Source of the DNA: Mycoavidus cysteinexigens
GTDB lineage: Bacteria; Pseudomonadota; Gammaproteobacteria; Burkholderiales; Burkholderiaceae
Assembly (NCBI GenBank): GCA_031963245.1
Contig: JASSUC010000016.1
Location: 15,800 to 47,799 of the forward strand
Direction of reading: 5' to 3'
DNA: 32,000 bases
The notes under the pieces were generated by a model that ran no database searches, was not told the DNA's origin, and was given only the letters and a program-made list of their open reading frames with translations. The stretch's first letter is position 1. Each line of letters opens with the position of its first letter. Shown one piece after another: positions 10,485 through 22,508 of the stretch. A program made the translations under genes and the position numbers.

Positions 10485-11711
10485 ATGACGGCGGAAAAAC
10501 CTATTACACATAAAAAGCGCTTCTTTTTACAAGCGCTTAAGATAATGCATGCGATGCAGCGGCACGCCTTACTTCTATTCCTCACTTTTTTCGCGCTGGC
10601 CCTTGCCTTATTTATCTGGCGCATATGGCTCCACCCAGCCCACGCCAACTCAGCGACTAAGGCGCAGGGTAGTTCGCGCCTAGACAGCGCTCAGGTGCAA
10701 ACGATACGTGTCGCGCAGGTTACGCTCGGCCAGATGCCAATCGAACTCAATGCACTCGGCACCGTCACCCCACTCGCTAGCGTAACCGCGAAAACACAAG
10801 TCGCCGGCACGCTGATGAAAGTGCTGTTCAAAGAAGGGCAATTTGTGCAAAAAGGTGATTTACTCGCCCAAATTGACCCACGACCCCATCAAATTAATTT
10901 GCAAAATGCACAAGGCATACTGGCTAAAGATCTCGCTTTACTCAAACAGGCTCAAGCGGATCTTAAACGCTACCGCATTTTGTTAAAACAAGATTCAATT
11001 TCGGCGAAGCAAGTGGCAGATCAAGCCTCATTGGTCGAGCAGTATCAAGGCATCGTGCAAGCCGATCGCGCTCAGGTCGATCAATATAAACTTAATTTGG
11101 CGCATTGCCGCATCACCACCCCAATTAGTGGCCGCGTTGGTCTACGGCAAGTTGACGCCGGTAATTATGTACAACCTAGCGATACCAACGGCATTGTGGT
11201 AATTACGCGGATGCGGCCAACCAGTGTTATTTTTAGTTTGCCTGAGGATGCCCTGCCCGCGGTGCTCAAACGTTTGCACTCGACGCAAAAATTACCGGTT
11301 TCTGCTTACGATCGCAACCGCAGCACAGTGCTTGAAACGGGATATCTGAGAACCATTGATAATCAGATCGATACGACAACCGGCACCATAAAATTGCGGG
11401 CCCACTTCGCTAATCAGCAAGATATGCTGTATCCGAACCAGTTCGTGAACATTAATCTACTGGTCAATACCCTACGTGGCATCGCTATCGTACCCAGTTC
11501 AGCGATTCAAAACGGCTCGATCGGCCCTTATGTCTATATTGTCAATGCAGATCGCACCGTCTCTGTGCGTATCCTTAAAACTGGCCCGGTGCATGGTGAA
11601 TACACCAGCGTCAGGGCGGGACTAACGCCCGGAGAGCAGGTCGTGATTGACGGCGCAGATCGCCTGCGTGAAGGCACAAAAATCGCCATTGCACCCGCGC
11701 AACCGGCATGA
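10485..11711 (+). CDS. mdtA: RND efflux periplasmic adaptor, MdtA/MuxA family
   Basis: 408 aa with an AAGAGGA Shine-Dalgarno 7 nt upstream of the ATG and an N-terminal membrane anchor. Blocks match recalled E. coli MdtA ([20 protein letters not shown]; [31 protein letters not shown]). There is an ATGA overlap with mdtB. Confidence 0.9.
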   Translation: MTAEKPITHKKRFFLQALKIMHAMQRHALLLFLTFFALALALFIWRIWLHPAHANSATKAQGSSRLDSAQVQTIRVAQVTLGQMPIELNALGTVTPLASVTAKTQVAGTLMKVLFKEGQFVQKGDLLAQIDPRPHQINLQNAQGILAKDLALLKQAQADLKRYRILLKQDSISAKQVADQASLVEQYQGIVQADRAQVDQYKLNLAHCRITTPISGRVGLRQVDAGNYVQPSDTNGIVVITRMRPTSVIFSLPEDALPAVLKRLHSTQKLPVSAYDRNRSTVLETGYLRTIDNQIDTTTGTIKLRAHFANQQDMLYPNQFVNINLLVNTLRGIAIVPSSAIQNGSIGPYVYIVNADRTVSVRILKTGPVHGEYTSVRAGLTPGEQVVIDGADRLREGTKIAIAPAQPA

Positions 11712-14700
11712 ATCCTTCGCGCGCCTTTATTGTACGTCCGGTTGGCACCAGCTTATTAATGCTGGCCATTCTGCTGGCTGGGTTGGTCGCGTTACGCTTC
11801 TTGCCCATTTCAGCCCTGCCGGCACTTGATTATCCGACGATTCAAGTACAAACCTTCTATCCGGGCGCGAGCCCGGAGGTGATGACTTCAGCCGTCACCG
11901 CACCGCTTGAGCGCCAATTGGGTCAAATGCCCGGTTTAAAACAGATGTCGTCGGCTAGTTCAGCGGGCGCTTCCGTAATTACGTTGCAGTTCAACCTTGA
12001 TTTGTCACTGGATACCGCTGAGCAAGAGGTACAAGCGGCCATCAATGCCGCGAACAATTTACTGCCCACTGATCTTCCCGCCCCCCCCATTTATGCCAAA
12101 ATCAACCCGGCCGACGCGCCTATCCTGACGCTGGCGCTAACCTCAGCCACACTCCCCTTAACCCACGTGCAAAACCTCGCCAACACACAGTTGGCGCAAA
12201 AAATATCGCAGGTCTCAGGCGTTGGTCTGGTGAGTTTGAGCGGCGGACAACGGCCCGCTGTGCGGATTCGCGCCAATCCACGCGCCTTAGCCGCCTATGG
12301 CTTAAGCCTTGATAGTTTACGCCTAACCCTAGGCACACTGAATGTAAATACGCCTAAAGGCAGCTTTGATGGACCATCGCGCGCTTACACGATCAACGCG
12401 AATGATCAACTGCAAAGTGCTGACGAATACGCCAACGCAATCATCGCCTATAAAAATGGCCGGCCGATTAAATTAGCCGATGTTGCCACCGTGATTGAAG
12501 GGGCTGAAAACGATAAGCTCGGCGCCTGGATGAACACCACCCCGGCAGTCATTTTGAATGTGCAGCGCCAACCGGGCGCCAATGTGATTCAAACCACGGA
12601 TAGCATCAAGGCCTTGCTACCGCAATTAAAACAAGCGCTGCCAGCCGCCTTGCAAGTCACCGTCCTGACCGACCGCACCACCACCATTCGCGCCTCCGTG
12701 CACGATGTACAGTTTGAACTCCTGCTGTCGATTGCGCTCGTGGTACTCGTCATGTTTGTGTTTTTATCAAACTTCTATGCCACTTTGATTCCGAGTCTAT
12801 CCGTCCCTTTATCGCTGATTGGTACGCTTGCGGTGATGTATTTATGGGGCTTCTCGCTGAATAACTTGTCTTTGATGGCGTTAACCATTGCCACTGGTTT
12901 TGTGGTGGATGACGCGATTGTTATGATCGAAAATATCGCGCGTTTTATTGAAGAGGGTGAGAGTCCATTTCAGGCCGCGCTAAAAGGTTCAAAACAGATT
13001 GCCTTTACGATTATTTCTCTCACCATCTCACTGCTCGCCGTGCTGATTCCACTGCTTTTTATGGGGGATGTGGTCGGCCGGCTATTTCATGAATTTGCGC
13101 TTACTTTGGCCATTGCTATTTTAATTTCGGCACTCGTATCGCTCACCTTAGTGCCGATGATGTGCGCCTATCTGCTGCGCTCGGGGTCTACCCAAACCAA
13201 CCCATACCTACACACATTCGAAGTTAAAACACGGGCTTTTTTCGAGGCCACGATCATGCACTATGGACGCGCATTGATTTGGGTGCTGGCTCATCAGTCG
13301 TTGACGTTATTGCTCGCGCTAGGGACTTTGCTGCTTACCATACTCTTATATTTATTCATTCCAAAGGGATTTTTTCCAGTCCAAGACACGGGCATCATTC
13401 AAGGCATTGCGCAAGCCTCGCAAACTACTTCGTATGCGGCGATGGCACAGCGTCAGCAGGCCCTAGCCGCCGAGATTATGCAAGACCCCGATGTGCTGAG
13501 CCTGTCGTCGTTCATCGGCGTCGATGGGTCAAATATCGCCTTAAATAACGGACGCTTCTTAATCAATCTGCGCCCGCATGGTCAACGCACAACTCAAGCC
13601 AGTGACATCATCCGACGACTGCAACAACGCGTGGCATCGATTGCTGGCGTGTCACTGTATATGCAGCCCGTGCAAGATTTAGCCATTGATGCGACGGTCA
13701 GCCCAACCCAATATCAGTTTATTCTACAAAACGCCCAAGCAGATGAATTCGATGTCTGGTTACCTAAACTCATCACCCGCTTGCAACAGTCTAAAGTCCT
13801 CGCCGATGTAGCTACTGACTTGCAAAACAATGGTTTATCCATTTATGTGAAGATTGACCGCGATAACGCGGCCCGTTTTGGTATCACGCCAGCCACGGTA
13901 GATAACGCACTCTATACGGCCTTCGGCCAGCGCATTATTTCAACTATTTTCACCCAATCAAACCAATACCGCGTCATCTTGGAGGCCGATCCGGTAGCAC
14001 AACAAGGCATGAGCGCGCTGGCTACGCTCGGTTCAATCTATTTGCCATCGACCACTTCTGCCAGCGGCCAAGTGCCACTCACCGCAATTGCTAGCCTCAG
14101 CGAGCAGCGCGCGCCCCTGATCGTCAACCACCTAGGCCAATTTCCAGCCGCCACGGTTTCGTTTAATTTAGCGCCCAATGCATCACTGAGCGCGGCTGTC
14201 CAAGAAATTGAAAAAGCCTGCGCTGAAACTCAGCTACCCAACTCATTTAATCTACGCTTTCAAGGCGCTGCGCTCGCCTTCAAAGCTTCACTCACTAACC
14301 AATTGTTTTTAATTCTAGCGGCGATTATCACCATGTATATCGTGCTTGGGGTCTTATACGAAAGTTTTATTCATCCCGTCACCATCTTGTCAACCCTGCC
14401 TTCAGCCGGCGCCGGTGCGCTCCTGGCATTGATGATCAGTGGCCACGATCTGGATGTGATTGCAGTCATCGGCATCGTGCTACTGATTGGCATCGTTAAA
14501 AAGAACGCCATCATGATGATCGATTTCGCCCTCGAAGCGCAACGCACTCAAAAGCTATCGCCACACGCGGCTATCTATCAGGCCTGCCTATTGCGCTTTC
14601 GGCCAATTCTAATGACCACACTCGCCGCGCTCTTTGGTGCGATCCCATTGATGCTCAGCTCGGGGGTCGGCGCCGAACTGCGTCGGCCGCTTGGCATTGC

Positions 14701-14818
14701 AATTGTCGGTGGGCTGATCATCAGCCAGGTCCTAACGCTCTTTACCACACCGGTTATTTATCTTGCTTTCGACCGCTTAGCACAGCGCTTTAAACGCCAA
14801 GCCCCAAGCATCCTATGA
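11708..14818 (+). CDS. mdtB: RND multidrug efflux permease, MdtB/MuxB family
   Basis: 1036 aa with extensive collinearity to recalled E. coli MdtB ([23 protein letters not shown]; [42 protein letters not shown]; [16 protein letters not shown]; [17 protein letters not shown]; [13 protein letters not shown]). Confidence 0.93.
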   Translation: MNPSRAFIVRPVGTSLLMLAILLAGLVALRFLPISALPALDYPTIQVQTFYPGASPEVMTSAVTAPLERQLGQMPGLKQMSSASSAGASVITLQFNLDLSLDTAEQEVQAAINAANNLLPTDLPAPPIYAKINPADAPILTLALTSATLPLTHVQNLANTQLAQKISQVSGVGLVSLSGGQRPAVRIRANPRALAAYGLSLDSLRLTLGTLNVNTPKGSFDGPSRAYTINANDQLQSADEYANAIIAYKNGRPIKLADVATVIEGAENDKLGAWMNTTPAVILNVQRQPGANVIQTTDSIKALLPQLKQALPAALQVTVLTDRTTTIRASVHDVQFELLLSIALVVLVMFVFLSNFYATLIPSLSVPLSLIGTLAVMYLWGFSLNNLSLMALTIATGFVVDDAIVMIENIARFIEEGESPFQAALKGSKQIAFTIISLTISLLAVLIPLLFMGDVVGRLFHEFALTLAIAILISALVSLTLVPMMCAYLLRSGSTQTNPYLHTFEVKTRAFFEATIMHYGRALIWVLAHQSLTLLLALGTLLLTILLYLFIPKGFFPVQDTGIIQGIAQASQTTSYAAMAQRQQALAAEIMQDPDVLSLSSFIGVDGSNIALNNGRFLINLRPHGQRTTQASDIIRRLQQRVASIAGVSLYMQPVQDLAIDATVSPTQYQFILQNAQADEFDVWLPKLITRLQQSKVLADVATDLQNNGLSIYVKIDRDNAARFGITPATVDNALYTAFGQRIISTIFTQSNQYRVILEADPVAQQGMSALATLGSIYLPSTTSASGQVPLTAIASLSEQRAPLIVNHLGQFPAATVSFNLAPNASLSAAVQEIEKACAETQLPNSFNLRFQGAALAFKASLTNQLFLILAAIITMYIVLGVLYESFIHPVTILSTLPSAGAGALLALMISGHDLDVIAVIGIVLLIGIVKKNAIMMIDFALEAQRTQKLSPHAAIYQACLLRFRPILMTTLAALFGAIPLMLSSGVGAELRRPLGIAIVGGLIISQVLTLFTTPVIYLAFDRLAQRFKRQAPSIL

Positions 14819-17800
14819 ATTTATCGCGTCTGTTTATTGCCCGGCCAATTGCAACCACGCTGTTGTCGGCCGGCATCATGCTCGCCGGCATTTTTGCTTT
14901 TTTCAAACTGCCGGTGTCGCCCCTGCCGCAAGTTGATTTTCCAACGATTTCGGTAGAAGCAAGTTTGCCAGGGGCCAGCCCCGAAGTCGTCGCCACCAGT
15001 GTCACCAGCCCACTCGAGCGCCGCTTGGGGCAAATCGATGGCGTCACCGAAATGAGCTCGTCCAGTTCAAGCGGCGCAGCGCAAATTATTTTGCAATTTG
15101 AACTCAATCGTAATATCGATAGCGCCGCACGCGATGTACAAGCCGCCATTAATGCCGCGCGCGCCGATCTGCCCAGTCATCTGAAACAAAACCCCAGCTA
15201 TCATAAAGTCAATCCGGCTGACACCCCGGTCTTAATCCTCGCGCTCACCTCACACACTCTAACGCGCGGCCAGCTCTACGATTCAGCGGCGACGGTATTG
15301 CAACAAGCGCTGTCTCAAGTACCCGGGATTGGTGAAGTCGCGGTCAGCGGCTCCGCCAATCCAGCCGTACGGATTGAACTTAACCCACATGCGTTGTCTC
15401 AATACGGGATAAGCCTTGAAACAGTCCGCAGCGCGCTCGCAGCGGCCAATCAAAATATGCCCAAAGGCGCTCTAGAGCATGGCCCTCAGCGCTATCAACT
15501 CTACACCAACGACCAAGCAACCCAAGCCAGCCAGTACCGTGATCTGATTATCGCTTACCGTAACGGCGCAGCCGTACGGTTAGCCGATGTCGGCAAGGTC
15601 AGCGATGCCGTTGAAAATGTACGCACGCTTGGCTTGTTGGATAACCAACCTGCCGTACTGGTAATCCTTTACCGGCAGCCGGGCGCTAACGTCATCGACA
15701 CCGTTGACCGCGTCAAGGCGCTCCTGCCGCAACTAGAAGCTGCGCTACCTGCAGCGGTGAAGATTACGACCATCGCCGACCGGACTAAAATCATCCGTGC
15801 TTCCTTAAAAGATGCTGGCTATACGCTGGCGATTGCGGTTGGCCTAGTGATTTTTGTGGTCTTCGCCTTTTTACGCAATGCTCGGGCAACCCTGATTCCG
15901 TGCATTGCGGTACCGATTTCACTCATCGGCACTTTTAGTGCCATGTACCTGCTGGGCTATAGCATAGATAACCTGTCGTTAATGGCGCTCACGGTTGCCA
16001 CTGGCTTTGTGGTCGATGACGCAATTGTTGTATTGGAGAATATTTCACGCCATATTGAAGCCGGCAAATCGCCGTTGCGCGCAGCTCTGACCGGCGCGCG
16101 CGAAGTCAGCTTTACGGTACTGTCGATTTCAATTTCGCTGGTCGCGGTTTTTCTGCCTATTTTATTGATGGGCGGCATCGTCGGTCGCATCTTTCGCGAA
16201 TTCGCACTCACGCTCTCACTGGCGATTGGCATGTCGCTACTGGTGTCGCTGACGCTCACCCCGATGATGTGCTCACGCCTTTTACGCGCGCGCAAAAAAA
16301 TCTCCACTGGACAACCCGCAGCAACGGGTCTAGCGCGTATTAGCAAACGCTTTTTCGAGGCATTGCAGCGAGGTTATCAGGATTCTCTCAATTGGTCGCT
16401 ACAGCGCCCCAAACTGATTGGGCTCATTTTACTTGCCACGATTGCGTGCAATATTTATCTGTATATCGCCATTCCCAAAGGTTTCTTTCCGCAGCAAGAT
16501 ACTGGCATTTTAGTCGGCAGCATCCGCGCCGACCAAAATACCTCATTCCAGTTGATGCAAACAAAGCTGGCGCAATCGATGGCAATCATCAACGCCGATC
16601 CTGCCGTCGACACTATCGCGGGCTTTATCGGTGGACGACGTGCCAATGCCGGCTTTATGATCATCTCATTAAAACCCCGCACTGAACGCCAACTGACCGC
16701 GGCGCAAGTGATCGAACGGCTGCGCCCAAAACTCAACGCGGTGGCCGGCAGCCGGGCTTTCTTATATGTCTCACAAGATATTCGGGTGGGCGGGCGGCAA
16801 AGCAATGCGCAATATCAATTTACTTTGCTCGGTGAATCCTCGGCTGAACTCTATCGCTGGGGGCAAAAACTCACAGAAGCACTGCAGCACAAGAACCAAC
16901 TGACCGATGTGAATAGCGACGCACAACAAAAAGGGCTAGAAAATATGATCGTGATCGATCGCGCTAGCGCGGCGCGTTTTGGCATAACCCCCGCACAAAT
17001 TGGCAGCACCCTGTATGATGCGTTCGGCCAACGGCAAGTGTCGACCATTTATAACTCGTTAAACCAGTATCACGTCATCATGGGGCTGGCCCCGCAATAC
17101 ACGCAAAATCCCGCATCACTCAATGATATTTATTTGCGTACGGGCAACAGCAACACCGTGCAAACGATGGTGCCGTTATCCGCATTTGCCCAGTATCAAC
17201 CGGGTTATACGCCACTTGCGGTGTTCCATCAGGGACTCTTTGCAGCAACCACCCTCTCATTCAATTTACCGCCCGATAAATCGCTATCCGATGCCACCGC
17301 ACTGATTCACGGTGCGATGAACGAAATCGGTGTGCCCGCCACCATCCATGGTAGCTTTGAAGGTACCGCCAAAGTTTTCCAGAAGTCATTAGCGAACCAA
17401 CCACTGTTGATTCTCGCGGCATTTATTGCAGTTTATATTGTGCTTGGCATTTTGTATGAAAGCACCATTCACCCTCTGACGATCCTGTCAACGCTCCCGT
17501 CGGCAGGTGTCGGCGCACTGCTTGCGCTGCTTTTATTCAACACTGAATTTAGCTTAATTGCACTGATTGGCGTCATACTTTTGATCGGGATTGTGAAAAA
17601 GAATGCGATCATCATGATCGATTTCGCCATCGCTGCAACACGTCGTGGCAGCACTGCGCGTGATGCCATTTTCAACGCGTGCCTATTGCGCTTTCGACCG
17701 ATTATGATGACCACCTGCGCAGCCATGCTAGGCGCACTGCCATTGGCATTCGGTCAGGGTGAAGGCGCTGAACTGCGGCGCCCGCTTGGCATTGCGATTA

Positions 17801-17904
17801 TTGGCGGCCTACTGGTTAGTCAAATCCTAACGCTGTATACGACACCGGTGGTCTATTTGTATCTGGAGCGGCTACGCGAGCGGTTGGCGCAGCGGCGCGC
17901 CTAA
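14815..17904 (+). CDS. mdtC: RND multidrug efflux permease, MdtC/MuxC family
   Basis: 1029 aa and the second RND paralog in tandem, as in mdtABC/muxABC operons. It carries the same AcrB-family motifs ([16 protein letters not shown]; [15 protein letters not shown]; [13 protein letters not shown]). There is an ATGA overlap with mdtB. Confidence 0.9.
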   Translation: MNLSRLFIARPIATTLLSAGIMLAGIFAFFKLPVSPLPQVDFPTISVEASLPGASPEVVATSVTSPLERRLGQIDGVTEMSSSSSSGAAQIILQFELNRNIDSAARDVQAAINAARADLPSHLKQNPSYHKVNPADTPVLILALTSHTLTRGQLYDSAATVLQQALSQVPGIGEVAVSGSANPAVRIELNPHALSQYGISLETVRSALAAANQNMPKGALEHGPQRYQLYTNDQATQASQYRDLIIAYRNGAAVRLADVGKVSDAVENVRTLGLLDNQPAVLVILYRQPGANVIDTVDRVKALLPQLEAALPAAVKITTIADRTKIIRASLKDAGYTLAIAVGLVIFVVFAFLRNARATLIPCIAVPISLIGTFSAMYLLGYSIDNLSLMALTVATGFVVDDAIVVLENISRHIEAGKSPLRAALTGAREVSFTVLSISISLVAVFLPILLMGGIVGRIFREFALTLSLAIGMSLLVSLTLTPMMCSRLLRARKKISTGQPAATGLARISKRFFEALQRGYQDSLNWSLQRPKLIGLILLATIACNIYLYIAIPKGFFPQQDTGILVGSIRADQNTSFQLMQTKLAQSMAIINADPAVDTIAGFIGGRRANAGFMIISLKPRTERQLTAAQVIERLRPKLNAVAGSRAFLYVSQDIRVGGRQSNAQYQFTLLGESSAELYRWGQKLTEALQHKNQLTDVNSDAQQKGLENMIVIDRASAARFGITPAQIGSTLYDAFGQRQVSTIYNSLNQYHVIMGLAPQYTQNPASLNDIYLRTGNSNTVQTMVPLSAFAQYQPGYTPLAVFHQGLFAATTLSFNLPPDKSLSDATALIHGAMNEIGVPATIHGSFEGTAKVFQKSLANQPLLILAAFIAVYIVLGILYESTIHPLTILSTLPSAGVGALLALLLFNTEFSLIALIGVILLIGIVKKNAIIMIDFAIAATRRGSTARDAIFNACLLRFRPIMMTTCAAMLGALPLAFGQGEGAELRRPLGIAIIGGLLVSQILTLYTTPVVYLYLERLRERLAQRRA

Positions 17905-17908
17905 ACAC

Positions 17909-18643
17909 TCACAGCTGGCCACGATAGTGATAACGAGCGTATTTGAACAATCTCGCCACACGGCCAATGCGGGTTGGCTGGGCCAGCACTCGGTAGAGCC
18001 ACTCTAAACCTAAGTATTGCCATACTTTGGGAGCTCGTTTAACCGTACCGCTAAAGACATCGAAGGTGCCACCGACCCCCATATACAATGCATTTGGATA
18101 AATTTGCTGGCAGTTGCGCATAAAGAGTTCTTGTTTGGGCGAACCCAGAGCAACCGTGACCAGCGCGGCGCCACTCTCTTGAATCGCTTGAAACAGTGCT
18201 GAGCGCTCTTCCTCTTTAAAGTAGCCACTATGGCTACCCACAACCTTAACGCCCCAAGCCGCCACCAGCTTATGCTCTACTTTGGCTAACACCTCGGGCT
18301 TACCGCCCACGAGAAATATCGGTATGCGTCGCAAGCCAGCGCTTTTCATCAAAGCTTGCCACAAATCAACGCCAGCGATGCGCTGCAGACAAGATGCTGC
18401 GGCATACTTTCGCTTAATCGAACGAACAATGCTGATGCCATCGGCATATTTGTATTCGGCAGAGTTAATTAACTCGCTGAGGAGCGGATTTTGTTCCGCT
18501 AAAATTATTTTTTCAGCGTTAATCGCAACCAGCATACCTGTTTTCAATGCACCATCGGCCAGCAGGTAATCGACAAATTGAGCTTGCTCCTGAAAACCCA
18601 AAATGCCAATGCCGCGAATCTCATATTTTGGAATAGCACTCAT
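17909..18643 (-). CDS. wecG: UDP-N-acetyl-D-mannosaminuronic acid transferase (ECA lipid II synthesis), WecG/TagA/CpsF family
   Basis: From the internal ATG at 18643 ([11 protein letters not shown]...) the 244-aa product is collinear with recalled E. coli WecG of 246 aa (LVAINAEK; [17 protein letters not shown]; [16 protein letters not shown]; [12 protein letters not shown]; [42 protein letters not shown]). TGATG start/stop overlap with wzyE. The 58-codon upstream extension in the track ORF lies inside wzyE. Confidence 0.92.
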   Translation of the reverse strand: MSAIPKYEIRGIGILGFQEQAQFVDYLLADGALKTGMLVAINAEKIILAEQNPLLSELINSAEYKYADGISIVRSIKRKYAAASCLQRIAGVDLWQALMKSAGLRRIPIFLVGGKPEVLAKVEHKLVAAWGVKVVGSHSGYFKEEERSALFQAIQESGAALVTVALGSPKQELFMRNCQQIYPNALYMGVGGTFDVFSGTVKRAPKVWQYLGLEWLYRVLAQPTRIGRVARLFKYARYHYRGQL

Positions 18644-19968
18644 CAAACTCCTCCGATTTTTTGCTGCTTGTGCCGGCCAGCTATCAATAAACGGTACAAC
18701 AATTTGGCCAATAGCAGGCATGAGCCAAAGACCAAACAATAGAATCCTAGGCGCGAAACAAAGGAATCTAATCCCTCCCTGACCAAAATAACAATGTGAA
18801 ATAACAGGCCAAAGCAAAAAGCCTGGATCGTGGCGCTCGTATAGCGATTCTGTGTATCTCTGGCCGAGCGATATAAGCCATCAAGCCCTCTAATAATCAG
18901 ACCGACCATCATCGCCCCCAGCACAAAGAGCCACGCCCCCCCCATAATCAGAAACGATCCAATCAGGGTGGGTGAAAGTGCCACGGCAAAGTATTGCCGT
19001 ACCTGCCAAGTAAAATAATTAGCCGTATTCAGCACTAGGCTCGGACGTTCAGGCCATAACCATTGAGGAATATAGACATAGAAATCGCGAACAATTGGCG
19101 CTAACCCTTGGAAATCGATTTCACGATACCTCTCTAATAACAGCGCCAGATTTTCCCAAGGCGAAAAAGTGTCGCGCGTTAGGTAAAGCAGCGTCTCTAT
19201 CCGCTCCGCCCCCTGAACATTGAGCCCGTAACGCTGTAACGCCAGCCACGTCATCACGCCAATCGCCGCCACCCCAGAAAACAGCAGTGTTCTAAGCCGG
19301 ATATGATGATCGGCAATACCAATAAATAAAAACAAGGCGAATGACAAAGCGATATTGGCGCGTGTGCCCCCAACCGCAAAATAACTGAGTACGCCAAAGC
19401 TGATGGTGGCGACAAGAAACATTAGCCAAGATTTAACGCTCGGCCGCAGGAAATAAAGCACCAGCATAGCGGGTATAAAAAAATAGAAAAAGCGCTTAAG
19501 GGGAAGTAAAAAAAGATCTTTAGAAAAGAGGCGTTGGCCATAGCTACGTGAGCTAAAAAATAGCCAGCCATTATTTAGAATAAAGACCAGCAAAGCCACT
19601 ACAGCCATCAACGCCAGCAGCATCCACAGCAAATGAGTTTCTTCACGCTTCATGGTGAGCCAGGATGACCTTGAACGCCAAAACGGTGGCAGCTTAACTT
19701 TGTAGGTTGCGTAGTAAAGCGTATAAAAACCAGCCGGCAACAGCAACGCATACGCTAGATAACGCGGTGGTGAGATAGGCAAACCAAAATGCAGCACAAG
19801 CCAACAAGAGAACGGAAAACCAAGATAAAAAGTGGATAGATAAGCCAGCGAAAAGCATAGATTGAAACTAAATCCGACTAAGCGGAACTCACGATAAACA
19901 AAAGTCAGCACAAAGGCACCGGCTGCCAACCAGAGCATTAAAAGAACCAGAGAATTAGCAAGCGTCAT
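18643..19968 (-). CDS. wzyE: ECA polysaccharide polymerase (Wzy-type)
   Basis: 441 aa from the ATG at 19968, with a GGAGAG Shine-Dalgarno 7 nt upstream. It is collinear with recalled E. coli WzyE ([19 protein letters not shown]; GGTRANI; [60 protein letters not shown]; [10 protein letters not shown]; AKLLYRL). Confidence 0.92.
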   Translation of the reverse strand: MTLANSLVLLMLWLAAGAFVLTFVYREFRLVGFSFNLCFSLAYLSTFYLGFPFSCWLVLHFGLPISPPRYLAYALLLPAGFYTLYYATYKVKLPPFWRSRSSWLTMKREETHLLWMLLALMAVVALLVFILNNGWLFFSSRSYGQRLFSKDLFLLPLKRFFYFFIPAMLVLYFLRPSVKSWLMFLVATISFGVLSYFAVGGTRANIALSFALFLFIGIADHHIRLRTLLFSGVAAIGVMTWLALQRYGLNVQGAERIETLLYLTRDTFSPWENLALLLERYREIDFQGLAPIVRDFYVYIPQWLWPERPSLVLNTANYFTWQVRQYFAVALSPTLIGSFLIMGGAWLFVLGAMMVGLIIRGLDGLYRSARDTQNRYTSATIQAFCFGLLFHIVILVREGLDSFVSRLGFYCLVFGSCLLLAKLLYRLLIAGRHKQQKIGGV

Positions 19969-21052
19969 CGAGCATCTCTCCATTGACAATCGCCAACGCG
20001 CGTTGCCAGCCTGTGATGTAATTAGGATTGAAAAAAGCAATCTGGGTCTGATCTAATTGAGTCATTCGGTGCTGGGTTTCACGCACAATCTCGGGGCTCA
20101 AGTCATCGCCATGAAATAACACTGGTACGCATTGCTCAGCAAGATCTTGCTGGAAAGGGTTTTGCCGGCTGATGACAAATGGGATACAGAATTGGATCAA
20201 CAAGCATAGTGTGCCAACCCCCTGCTGCCGATTAAAAAGAAAATAGCCCAAATCACATTGCATTAAGAGCTTTCTATATTCGTTAAAATCAATCACGGTA
20301 TTGATGAACTCGACCTGCTCCGGCGCAAATAATTTTTCAGCTTCGGCGCGAATCTCATTGCCATATAGATCGTTGCCCGATGGATAGCCAAAAGGCAGCA
20401 GGATACGCACCTGCTTGCCAAATTGCTGGTAAATCGCCCGCAATGCTTCAATATGGCGATTCGAGCGATCGCCAGAGTTGCCCAGCAAAATCGTCAGCTG
20501 CTTACTTGCAGGCTTCGGCAACCGAGGGAGAGTGTGTGCCGCTGGCATACGGGTCGGAAAATAAAGCAGTTGCATCGGAACCTGCGGATAGCGCTGCCGA
20601 TAATAAGCCAGGTCTCCGCGAGTAGCAAACACCCGCCCAACACGCCCTTGTACGCAGCGCCTTAACAAATAAAACAGCCTAAATCGAAAGCCAGTTGCAT
20701 CTTCATAAAGATCTGCCCCCCAAATATGCCAGCTCACTTGTGCTGCGCGAATGCGGCCAGTCAGGAGCAGGAGCCAAATACCTAGATTAAACTGACCATG
20801 AAAAAAGAAGCGCTGCTCACGGCACTTTTTTGCCAGCACGGCTACGGCCTTCGCCAGCGCTCGTTTATCCGCTAACACTCTCACCTGCAATGCCGGGTAA
20901 TTGCCCAATTGCGCCGGCTCTCGAGCAACCACCCAAAAACACAATGGCATTTTAGATGGTGGCAACTCTGGTGCAAGTATGTCATTAAAAAAGCTCAGCA
21001 CCGTCCGATTGTGGTGCTCAATATCAGAACCCAAAATATGGATGACAGACAC
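19955..21052 (-). CDS. wecF: TDP-N-acetylfucosamine:lipid II N-acetylfucosaminyltransferase (4-alpha-L-fucosyltransferase)
   Basis: 365 aa with a GTG start at 21052, directly after the wzxE TGA and with AGGAGGGAG upstream. It is collinear with recalled E. coli WecF (HILGSDIEHHNRTVLSFFND; QRFFFHGQFN; WHIWGADLYE; FATRGDL; LLYFPTRM; LGNSGDRSNRHIEALRA; CDLGYFLFNRQQGVGTLCLLIQ; GWQRALAI). Confidence 0.92.
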   Translation of the reverse strand: MSVIHILGSDIEHHNRTVLSFFNDILAPELPPSKMPLCFWVVAREPAQLGNYPALQVRVLADKRALAKAVAVLAKKCREQRFFFHGQFNLGIWLLLLTGRIRAAQVSWHIWGADLYEDATGFRFRLFYLLRRCVQGRVGRVFATRGDLAYYRQRYPQVPMQLLYFPTRMPAAHTLPRLPKPASKQLTILLGNSGDRSNRHIEALRAIYQQFGKQVRILLPFGYPSGNDLYGNEIRAEAEKLFAPEQVEFINTVIDFNEYRKLLMQCDLGYFLFNRQQGVGTLCLLIQFCIPFVISRQNPFQQDLAEQCVPVLFHGDDLSPEIVRETQHRMTQLDQTQIAFFNPNYITGWQRALAIVNGEMLDDAC

Positions 21053-22315
21053 TCACTCCCTCCTATTGCAATAGATGAAAAATAGGTACACACATAAAGC
21101 AAAATAAACCGCATACGTCGCCGCGTAAGCCTGTACAGTCCCAAGCGCACCGCCGATTGGAATCAACCAGTGCGAAAATAATAAGAGCAAACTAAACTGG
21201 AGCGTTTCTGCTAATACATAAAAACGTAGGGAGGCTTTCACAATGATTAAATAACCGAACACATAAGCACCTACTTTGAACACATCACCGCTCAGCTGCC
21301 ATGCAAAAAGATCGCGCATCGGCCTAAAGTCAGCGGAGAACAATACTCCAATCACCACATCGCGCAATAGCCACACACTGAAACTCAAGCCTAGCGCCAG
21401 CGGTAACAAAAAGCGTTGCGCCCGGCGAATCTCATACGCCAAATCTTGTTTGGTTTTGAGCCTAGCCAGGGTCGGCAGCAAATACACGGTAACCGGTGCT
21501 GTAATCAACTGTAGATAAGCATCCGATATCTTGCTCATGCCCTGCCAAATGCCAACCTCCTGCCAACTATAATGCGTCGCCAGCAACTGCCGTATCATGA
21601 CGTAAGCAAGCGGCAGCGTGAGCGAAGTGATAAGCGCCATTGCGGTAAATTTGAACAAACCACGAGCGAGGGTGCCATCCCATGTGAACTTTAACCCATG
21701 CCACGATATGACCTTGCGTTTAAGCAACGCTATCGCTGCCGGCAAGATCAACAACGCCGGCATCAATGCTAAGCCGATCAGCGCCCCTGCATAGCCACCT
21801 AGACGGCAAGCCAGCCAATATGCCCCCAGACCTAACAGACTGCCACTCATGACCGATAGCGCAGCGCCCTTCGCATCGCACCGGCCTTTTAGAATGGCCA
21901 AACACAAATTAGCAAAGGCAATACCGAATTGAATCAAGGCCACGACTCGCAGCACATCCTGCAAATCTTCGCGACCAAACAATAATCGACTTAGAGGGGC
22001 GGCAGCCCCTATCAGCACGAGCGCCAGTAACCCTGAAGAGCTAAGCACGATAAGTGCAGAGGTGCCAAACAAACGGTGCGAGCGGACTGCATCAAACTGA
22101 AATTCAGCAACGTATTTGGTCACCCCATTGTAAATACCCGCGCCAGATAACACGCCCAACACCGTGATCAGCGTCATAAAATTTCCGGCGCAGCCTACCC
22201 CCTCTGGACCAAAGGTCAGTGCTAATAATTTGATAAGCAGGAGTCCCACTGCCAATTTGATCAGGATGGCAGCCGTAGACCAGACCGAAGCTCGTGCTAA
22301 AGATAGTTTAGGCAA
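21053..22315 (-). CDS. wzxE: ECA lipid III flippase (Wzx, MOP superfamily)
   Basis: 420 aa, collinear with recalled E. coli WzxE of 416 aa (LARASVWSTAA; FGPEGVG.AGNF..LITVLGVL.GAGI.NGVTKYVAE; YSWQEVGIWQGMSKISDAYLQLITA; VYLLPTLARL; MRDLFAWQLSGDVFKVGAYVFGYLIIVKASLRFYVLAE). Confidence 0.92.
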   Translation of the reverse strand: MPKLSLARASVWSTAAILIKLAVGLLLIKLLALTFGPEGVGCAGNFMTLITVLGVLSGAGIYNGVTKYVAEFQFDAVRSHRLFGTSALIVLSSSGLLALVLIGAAAPLSRLLFGREDLQDVLRVVALIQFGIAFANLCLAILKGRCDAKGAALSVMSGSLLGLGAYWLACRLGGYAGALIGLALMPALLILPAAIALLKRKVISWHGLKFTWDGTLARGLFKFTAMALITSLTLPLAYVMIRQLLATHYSWQEVGIWQGMSKISDAYLQLITAPVTVYLLPTLARLKTKQDLAYEIRRAQRFLLPLALGLSFSVWLLRDVVIGVLFSADFRPMRDLFAWQLSGDVFKVGAYVFGYLIIVKASLRFYVLAETLQFSLLLLFSHWLIPIGGALGTVQAYAATYAVYFALCVYLFFIYCNRRE

Positions 22316-22508
22316 AGGCCACTCACATCTGCATTGCTGGGTTCAACTTTATGATTTAACCGCACTCCGTCTGTCCCTGATTAGAATTTTCTATCTTCGT
22401 GGTCTCTACAAACGGGGTCGATATGGCGACCACCCCGTTTACACTCTAAAATTTTCATCCTATTTCTTTAGAGATGTTATTCTAGCGTAGAATGATGCGA
22501 TAAAAAAT

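Noticed and set aside
18644-18817. 58-codon N-terminal extension of the wecG ORF, with similar extensions of wzyE (19969..20040), wecE (29821..29871) and the beta-helix ORF (27254..27286).
   Set aside because: The extensions lie inside the upstream gene or lack a Shine-Dalgarno. The internal starts align with the E. coli N-termini and/or have good Shine-Dalgarno sequences (GGAGAG for wzyE, GGAGAGGAGAG for the beta-helix gene) and give a proper Tat signal.
22477-22487. The 11-mer ttattctagcg is shared between the wecB upstream region (22477..22487) and the wecD upstream region (30668..30678), a possible common regulatory box.
   Set aside because: It is a single exact 11-mer with no flanking similarity and sits in opposite orientation relative to the two downstream genes. 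About one such match is expected by chance among the intergenic sequences of this window.
22164-22490. 108-aa plus-strand ORF spanning the wzxE 5' end and the divergent intergenic region.
   Set aside because: Half of it is antisense to wzxE. It has no ribosome-binding site and no recognisable domain. The region is better explained as promoter and leader DNA.
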